Part shown: piece by piece, positions 55,713-64,000 of the stretch | Numbering within the stretch: position 1 is the first letter of the stretch | Layout: each line of letters starts with the position of its first letter | Assembly: GCF_022539665.2 (NCBI RefSeq) | Contig: NC_081331.1 | Coordinates: 2,356,001-2,420,000, forward strand | Length of the DNA: 64,000 nt | Origin: Daphnia carinata | Taxonomy: Eukaryota | Direction of reading: 5' to 3' | Notes under the pieces: model-generated | What the model was told of the DNA's origin: nothing | Database searches by the model: none | Seen by the model: only the letters and a program-made list of their open reading frames with translations | Program-made: the position numbers and the translations under genes

Positions 55713-56546
55713 GGGATACGCTCGAGCACTACCTCATCCGTCACGATCCGTGCCGCCGCGGCCACGACAACAGCCTCAGCCGCAGCCCTACTCCAGAGTG
55801 TAGCCGGCCATCCAGGCTGTCTAACGGAACTATTAGTCCCATATGCCCGCCGCTTATGACCAGCTCTACACCTTGTCTATCTCACGAGGTATTAGCCTTG
55901 CCTTTAAGCCTCTTTTGCATGATTTCATTTATTCATTTTTCTCGTTTTCCGTCATGGCTTTCAAGGCAAGAGGCAGGACGCCGGAAAAAATGATGATCGG
56001 TACGGTGACACCAACATCGTCGTCGACGAGCGTCGCCAGCAATGGTCGCAGGAGATACGTCGGTCGCAGTCTCACGATGGATCTGAATCAGCAAATCAAC
56101 ACTCATTTTAGCACCAACTCGATGGCAACGACACCGAACAGTCGGCGCAGTTCAGGAACGTCCAATTCAACTTCAAGTTTCACCACGCATACCAAGCTGT
56201 CCACGTTGACAGCAGCCTACAAGGTATCCTCGAAGCTGTATATTCATGAAGACCGATGGTTAAAGATCGATCTTTTTTCGTTGGAACATAGCAGGAAGGG
56301 ACGCTCTCACCTACAGGTCTAACACCTACGGCATTGACACCTACGGCACTGACACCTGAGCTGAGCAAAACGATGGGCTTCAACTTTGGAAGAGCTCCCA
56401 TGATCCCCGGAAGGAACGGTTCCTTCAATGCAGGAAATAGCGTCAAAAGGTCACGGCCCACGCCCGTCTACAATCGTTCACGGACCACCGATCTGTCCGA
56501 TTTGGCACGTCGCACCAGCGCTCTCATCTCACCCTCTCTTCGCTAA
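46622..56546 (+). CDS. GAS2 family protein, GAS2/GAS2L3 type (CH + GAR domains)
   Basis: Exons 46622-46910, 50686-50966, 51992-52133, 54008-54359, 54766-55093, 55333-55458, 55569-55612, 55714-55888, 55966-56223, 56292-56546. Motifs [88 protein letters not shown]. Confidence 0.9.
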
Positions 56547-57218
56547 TAACTTCATACTCTTTCAGGTTCATATTTAGTTTACTAACGTTAACAACTACTG
56601 GTCTAATAGTATACACGTTAGCGTTAAGTTTTCTGAAGGGAGGGAGAAAAAGAAAGCAACACATTCAAACCGTTTGTAAATAACTGAAATAACCTTTAAT
56701 GGGATGGCAATTCGGCGGGAGTAGATCCTTAAGTTGTTTGCTACTCATTAGTTACACATTACCAAATAATAATTCTTCGTGGCCATAGTTTCAAGTTTAA
56801 TGACAAGTTTTAACTCGTTCCTCTGACAGTTCGGTGCCAGATCTGTTGATTTGTGTTTCTGTTACAAAACAAAACATTACAAGTTGTCTCACCACTATGC
56901 AAAGCTATTCTTATCTGCACCTAGAAAATCTGCACACTTTACAAACAGTAGGGGTTAGTTTGCTGCACATACCAACAAAGTCCTTTTTCTGTCTGGTACA
57001 AAAGGTGTATTGGCAGAAAAACAAGTTGCATCGTTTCTCATAAAATATATGTGAGAAACTAATCTCTTAAGCGACAGAGAAGAAAGTAGCCTCTGGTGAT
57101 TTCCAATAAGTAGTAGAAAATCACAATAATTGTAGAAGATACCATAATATCGAAAAACACTGGGTTGTTAAAGAGTTAAGATTGCACCAAATTTCGGAAT
57201 AATACTTTCGCTTTCTTC

Positions 57219-59040
57219 TTAAATGCCATTCGTTCCGGTCCAGTTGTGGTCCTACAAATAAGGAGAGATCTTTTTTGTTTCTATGTATGCAAGAAAGTAA
57301 ATCAATAACTTTTCCTAACCTGGGAGCTCTGCCCATGGCGTTTCCCAATGGTCTCGACATGGAAACCGATTTTGGTTAACGCAGCATGATCAAGAGTTTT
57401 ACGCCCGTCGAAAACAAAAGCTGGTTTCAGCATCGAGTCGTACATTCGTTGATAATCGTAAGTCTGTTGAATTTTAAAAGAAAATTTTAAGTAATCCATC
57501 ATTTTTCTTCAACTTCTTCCAACATTTACAATAAATTGGTCCCATTCCGTGCAGACTACAAGCGCGTGGGTGCCCTTGGCAGCTTCATAGGGGTCCGTGT
57601 GAATACTGATACTACTTTCTTCATCCAATTGATCTAGATCCAGTAGTATTTGAGCCTTTTCGACCTAAATAACAACACGCACTATTTTAATAGAAAAGCG
57701 ATTGCTTATGGCAGTATTCACTAACTTTAGGATCGAAGATATGAAGAAAAGCCCCTTCTTCAAGAAGATGCTTTGCGACATGAATGGCGGGTGACTCGCG
57801 AGTGTCACCAGTGTTCTTTTTGAAGGCAAATCCTAAAATCGCTATATGCTTATCGGTGATAGTGTTGAACATGGATTGTACGATGCGCTCTCCAAAGCGC
57901 GATTTTTGATACTCATTCATATCGATAACTTGTTGCCAATAAGCAGCTACGCTCGTTAAGTTGAGTGATTCGCTAATGTAAACCAAATTGAGAATGTCCT
58001 TCTGGAAGCAGCTACCACCCCATCCGACTGACGCCTGAACAAAAATAGAGCAACACGTAGAAAAATTTCCCTATCAAAGTTATGCAACCAAACACCTGGA
58101 GGAATTTGGGACCGAGACGAGAATCAAGTCCGATGGCCTTGGCCACTTCACTAACGTCGGCACCTGTTGCTTCGCATACGGCAGATATGGCATTAATACT
58201 AGAAATTCGTTGAGCTAAGAAAGCGTTGGCAGCCTAAACAGGATATCATTTTAATCACCATAGGAATGAAACAAACAATATTTCCCAATACTAGTTTAGA
58301 TAGTTCCGATGACCAAGTATTCATGTGGATGATTTTTTCCGCCGGAACCCAATGCTGGTACACCCACGAAAGTGCAGCAATAGCTTTTCTTCCTTCTTCA
58401 CTCTCCTCGCCACCAATTAGAACTCGGTCGGGCTTTGTAAGATCATTGACGGCAGTACCCTCAGCCAAAAATTCCGGATTGGAAAGCACTTGATAGCTAA
58501 CGCCGGGTCTCGTGTTGGCTTTCAAAATGTTTACGATGGAAGCTGCAGATCTTACCGGAACGGTACTCTTTTCGACGACGATCTTGCTCCCCTCGCACAC
58601 ATCGGCAATCAGTCTGGCGCATGATTCAACAAACTGCGAAGAAAAAAATAGTTCATTAGTCTGGGCGATATTCGATTAAAAACTAATGTTGGACTGGGTA
58701 CTTTCAAATCAGCAGCACGGCCCTTGCCCAAGCCAAAAGTTTTAGTTGGAGTGTTGACAGATATGAAAATCAAATCAGCCTCCTTCAATGCAGGGACCAT
58801 ATCAGTAGAAAAGAATAAATTCTTTCCTCTACATTGTTTCACAATTTCTTCTAGGCCTGGCTCATAGATTGGAAGCTTGTCTGAGTTCCACTGGTTAATA
58901 CGCAGTTCACTCCTGTCAACCACAGTTACTTGAATATCAGGGCACTTGAGAGCCAGAACACTGCATGTGGGACCCCCCACATATCCGGCCCCAATACAGC
59001 AGATTTTATGAATTGGAATTTCAGCAATGTTTGTGGCCAT
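57219..59040 (-). CDS. UGDH: UDP-glucose 6-dehydrogenase (sugarless)
   Basis: [99 protein letters not shown]. The final 68-nt intron (57319-57252) leads to a short last exon; if it is retained, the stop is at 57302. Confidence 0.97.
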
Positions 59041-59731
59041 TTTCTTTGTTAGTTGTTCTCGTATCACCTAGTAAAATTATATTAGGTACATTTTACCATT
59101 ATTCATGCTAGAAATGATAGGCCCCAATAATATATTTTCAAAAAACATTAAGAACACAACCAATAAGACTGTATTTCTATAATCCACATACCTTTAAAAA
59201 ATCAACTGCAATGGAAGTTGTCAGAATTCTAACTGGAGATCAACAAATACGAGAAAATGTAACGCAGAAAGTAGGCGAGTCCTATCGTATACGTGGAGCA
59301 CAGTCGTGAAGTCTGACGTTCATGTCTCTGTGACATGTGCTTGAGCTGCCCATTGTTTAAAAAGGCCGATGACCGGAAAGGCTTTTCGGGGGAGGCTACA
59401 GGCTAGCAGGTGTAAATAAAAATCAAGTAATCGAGTACTGCTGCCCAATTCCAGCAGCCCCTCGATTTTGCCTAACAGCAGACAACAAGAAATCTAGCAG
59501 ACGATTTTCCCTTCGATTTTTCGTTATTTCGTGCAGTCCACTGATATACCTCAATATTTTAGTGTGAAAGAGAGTAAAATTTATTTTTTTATGTTCCTTT
59601 GAACTCTTATCATGTCGTAAATTATATCCGTACGATACTGATGTGGATTTCGTAGGGTGTATCTACTGAGTTAAACTGTCACCATCCTAGCCTTTACAGA
59701 CAAACATGCTGCAAGTTTCAAAATATGTTGT

Positions 59732-60815
59732 ATGACCTTATACCCAGAAGAAATAAAATCAACAAGTAAGTTTTATGTCTAAAGAAGCTGCAGTGTAGGC
59801 ATGGTCACTCTTCTCTTTTAATTGACATTTTTCATGCTTCTAGTTATCATGGCAAAATTTGGTGGTCAGATGCTTTTTCGGACAGTGGCGGTGCTGACAG
59901 TTATGCTACCATTTGTTGGTTTTATTGTATGTGTAGCATGGTCTTTAATTTTTGACTTTAAAAGTGCAACTGCAACCCATTGTGGAGTAAGTGATTTTTA
60001 CATAACTGCACCTAAAGACAGTGTTTATTCTCCTTTATCATCTATGTTGTGAATAGGTGCACAACTACCTCCCATCAGTATCCGCTGCAATTGGGGACTA
60101 TATCCCTCAAAGATATATCTGGAGACTTGTTATTGCATTACATACAATTCCCAGGATACAGATTGCCTTTGTTTACTATGTGTATTTCCTTTCTATACTT
60201 GCCAAATGGCATGAGAACACTGTGTTCTTTAACTGCATATTAAATCTAGTTGAAATTTTGTCTCTCTTTGGTCTCACCTTTATCTCCTCTACTGACAATT
60301 ACAGTAAGTAACACTAAAGCTTATGATAGTTTGCACACTTTTAATGGAATTTTTCTTTGTGTTTATTTGCAGCCATCCACAAACTTTTTTTTATCACTTT
60401 CCTCCTCACGTCGACACTTTACATGGCACTATCAATATATCTTCTAAGACGTCGGATAACATCCCCTAGTGCATTGGAATTAAAATCTGGTCGATATAAA
60501 CTGCGTTTATTTGTAACCAGTCTTCTTGCTGTTGTCGGAGCCGTCGGTTTCTTTGCTCGTCACAATAACTACTGTGAACCAATGAGTAAGAAATTTTTTA
60601 AGCGAAAAGATTCGTGCCTGTCCATAACATTTCATAGTATATTCCCATGTAATTTTTCTCAATTCTTCCATTCAGTGTACACCTGGTTCGCTGTATGCGA
60701 GTACCTCGTCATTCTTTGCAATATGGCATTCCACATGACGGCTTATTGGGATTTTCCAAATCGGGAATGGAGCCTACGGCAATCATCGTTCATTCGCCAA
60801 CAGTACCGAATCTGA
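59732..60815 (+). CDS. PGAP2: Post-GPI attachment to proteins factor 2 (Frag1/DRAM/Sfk1 family)
   Basis: ATATHCGVHNYLPSVSAAIG..PQRYIWRLVIALHTIPR, ARHNNYCEP..VYTWFAVCEYLVILCNMAFHMTAYWDF. Short exon 59732-59765 splices in frame; an alternative ATG is at 59849. Confidence 0.93.
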
Positions 60816-61024
60816 CATCCTGCAACAGTGCAATTTTTTCCCGCCTTCCGAGTACCCCCTTCCTTCCACCTCTCTTTAGCACAACTTGCAAAGCGATTGA
60901 CCACCCACATGCTGTGTGAAACACTTAATTGAGTAAAGCCAATACATCTGGCCTCTCGTCGACGCACCTGGAGGCCATCTTAATAGTCCCCATTCGATCG
61001 GCTCAGTTTAACTCAAGCAGCACC

Positions 61025-64000
61025 ATGGGTAGGGTGTGGAAATTTTTTAATAAGTTAAAGTGTTCGGCTGCATGCAACACGTGTTGTTGCACATACGGTA
61101 AGTGGATTTTGCACATTCTAAGTATTATGTCATAATTTAACTTTGTATTGGCAGATACTTTGAAAGATGAACAGTCTCAGGTCGTCAAATTGCCTAATGG
61201 AGATACGATCGTAACTTCAGTCCTTCATCGTTTCTTTTATCATGGTACTCACATTCTAATATTTTTTTATTGTTTTTTATTTAAAAATTTCAGAACATCT
61301 ATGGCTATGAAAGAAGTTATAAGAGGACCTTTGCAATAGCGATCCTGTCTATCTTTACCTTATTTATCGGACTAATAATTGCAAGTGTTCGTCCTGGTGG
61401 ATTGACGCCATGGTTTTATCGGCGTTCGGCTTTATCCAGTGCAACAATGGTCATGCTGACGCCGAAATCTTTTGTAAATGTTCAGCGTGATAGTGACGGT
61501 CGCCGATGGTTTATTTGGCGACACTACCGTTTTATTTGGTGTGCTCAGTCTGGCAAATTTAAGCGCATGCGCTGCGTAGATGAGATAGGACTAAGATTTT
61601 CCGACATCCATGGCTTAGGGAATGGCCTTGATCCCACTAACCACCGTTTAAGGTACAAAAATTTTATTTGTATGATTCACGTTGACCTTATTTTTAAATA
61701 CGCTAACAGAAAAGAAAGTTATGGCAGCAATACTACCGAGGTTGCCTATCCCAGTTGGATTTCCTTGTTGATCTCGACATGGATGAAACCTTTTCGTCTA
61801 TTCTATTTGGTGGCCATCGCTACTTGGATAGTCCAAAAATACTACATCTATGCTGGTCTTATTGGATTCGCTGCCCTAGTTGAGGCGGGGTCGAGCGTTT
61901 TTCTTCAGTTTCAGGTAACAGTTTCTTCTTGGTAATGTAAACCTTTCGTACATAATTTCCTTTGATTAAAAAAAAAATTTCTTTCTCCAGCATCGACTTC
62001 GTTTACATCGTCTGTCGCTTCTCAATTGCGAAGTAACGGTTCTCGGCCCTGGTCGTGAAAGACGTCTGATAATGTCGGATGATCTAGTACCAGGGTCAGT
62101 AATTCAATTGACATCAAAAGATAATATCACAATGCCGTGTGATGCTGTAATTTTGTTTGGCAGTTGCATCGCTCGAGACTCAGGTATCTTAAGTAATCTA
62201 CTAGTTTGTAAATCATCGTATCTTTGATGTATCGAAATACCCCAGCTGCAGCCAATCCAAAGCACAAGTACCAGTTGCCTAAATCTAGAATGGAACTGTA
62301 CGATCGGCAGAAGCACCGCCAACATACTCTATTCCGCGGATCTTCCATTGTTTTGCGAACTGATAAGGTAATTTTCATAACGTGACTGTCAAGATTCACA
62401 ACATAACTAATTTCGTAAAAAAGGTCATTGCCTTAGTTATCCGAACCGGGTGGAGTACGGAGAACGGCGGTGCCTTTGCAGACAAAATGGCTGGTATTAG
62501 CTGTCCATCGATTTTTGATCGTCATCGTGACCACTTGTTTTTACTTCTCGGCTTAACTGGATTATGTGCTGCCGCATATGGAATTTATGTCAGAGTATGA
62601 TAATCTCCCGTTGCAAATTCATGTCTTACTTTTAAGCCTAATGAGTTTTTATTTCGATTTTTAGCATTCCTCACTTGATATTCCGAATCTTATCCTTACG
62701 GGAATGAGTTTAATCGTCATTTGCCTCCCGCCGTTATTTTCTCCTGCGCTATTGCTTACCAGTCTTTATCCGATTGTCCGTCTTCATCTGCATGGATTCT
62801 GTTTGAATTCTTTTGATGAACCTAGTTCCGTTTTAAATCGCGTAGGTGCCACGGACACCGTCTGTTTGCTCAAGGTAGTATATATTCTATCTATAAGTTG
62901 ATACGATAAACTGTAACATAATTTTGATTCTAGAATGCACTTATGCGAGATGCAGATATGAAATTGCTCAAAGTTTCATCCACCAGGTGCATAGAGGCAT
63001 ATACATGTAAAACGCAGACGCAAAATTCTAAAAGAATTCTGTTTAACAGGTACGATGAGTGGACACGTGATCCGCAGCTCACCTTATGCATGGCCTCCTG
63101 CCTCAACCATTTCACGCCGAATGACTTTAAGGTATTAGTTTTACTTTGTTTCTTTTGCATACATCCACTAAAATGTGATCTAGGTGTTTTCGACTGCGGC
63201 ATGGAAAATTATTACCGACCAGAACAGCCACAGAGTGCAATCAGTTTGCAATGAATATGAAAGCTTTCGTATAACCAAAATCTATGCCGATGAGACTCAT
63301 TCTTCGTTACCATTCGTGCTAGTCAGAGCTGACCCAATCGAATCGGTAAACGCGGCTTCATGGTATTTCATCCGAGGCCCATATTTAAGTGTTGTGGAGT
63401 TCGCCGAGGAGTATTCGTTTGGTAACTGAACCAATTAAGCTATTAAAGGTTTGCAATCATCAATTAATTTTTTTTTAGATCACAAAGAAGAACAGTTTGA
63501 GCTGGTGGCATTTGCTGGACGCCCACTGACTGAAACGGAGAAGTTGTCGACTCTTGAACCGGATTTAAATCTTCTGTTACGGAAATTTCAGCTGTTAGGC
63601 GTAGCCTCAGTGGATTGTAACATATCAAAAGATGCTAGTGCAGCTGTTTCACTTCTTCGCTCAGCCAACATTAGAACCTTGATGATATCAAGTGAGTATT
63701 TTGAAGAAGAACGAATTAGTGATATACTTACTGAATAACCAAGCACAGATAGAGACGTCAGAGAAGCCGTTCATCTGGCCCGCACCGCTGGGATTATCCT
63801 CAACAAAGAACCTGTGGCCCAGATAGAAATTCCGTCAATGGAAGGATTACATCCTCCATCGCTGACAGTCATCGATCTTCCAGAAACTGGTATGTAACCG
63901 AGTTTTTGTTTATGATTTTATTGCCTTTAAATATTATCCTTGCCAGGTTTAGGAATTGATCTTGGAGAAAACAGTATTCAGCGAAAGGCTCACGTCGTTC
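61025..64000 (+). CDS. Divergent P5B-type ATPase homolog (ATP13A2-5 family), catalytic motifs degenerate; truncated by the window end
   Basis: Fourteen phase-consistent GT-AG exons. Colinear landmarks: IYGYER, YGSN..KPF..W...YYIYA, SDDLVPG..MPCDAVILFGSC, HTLFRGS, ALVIRTGWST, LPP, CMASC, ANIRTLMI, AVHLARTAGII. Confidence 0.88.

Noticed and set aside
56224..56291. Possible U12-type intron (GTATCCTC donor)
   Set aside because: The donor deviates from GTATCCTTT and there is no TCCTTAAC-like branch point.
60813..60931. Stop-codon readthrough (TGA-C) fusing PGAP2 to the ATPase homolog
   Set aside because: A second stop follows at ~60930, and the downstream ORF is in a different frame.

Overview
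Gene-dense eukaryotic (animal) genomic DNA with mostly 55-100 nt GT-AG introns and many A/T homopolymers. This resembles a small crustacean such as Daphnia, but the organism is inferred, not proven. I assembled spliced models by hand for 12 protein-coding genes and one pseudogene. In order: a secreted sushi/ephrin-receptor-like/EGF protein (-), CHTF8 (+), NDUFV2 (-), ING1/2-like (+), USP47 (+), an 11-finger C2H2/AT-hook protein (+), COPS8 (-), a GAS2L1/2 (pigs)-type gene (+), an inverted pair made of a pseudogene (+) and an orphan 4-TM gene (-), a GAS2/GAS2L3-type gene (+), UGDH (-) and PGAP2 (+). A P5B (ATP13A-like) ATPase homolog (+) follows and runs off the window end. The most striking observation is this P5B homolog: its reading frame is intact over 14 exons, yet every visible catalytic motif is replaced (TGES, PPALP, DKTGT, KGAPE, TGDN). 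It looks like a maintained, catalytically dead 'pseudo-pump', and it starts only 209 nt after the PGAP2 stop on the same strand. Other points of interest: linkage of both GAS2 subfamilies with a 1-nt intron shift between them, a 3' splice site preceded by A30, an inverted-repeat-rich island in the NDUFV2/ING divergent promoter, and the orphan 4-TM duplication. I recognised no rRNA, tRNA, CRISPR array or autonomous transposon. Homology calls come from remembered family motifs; no database search was run.
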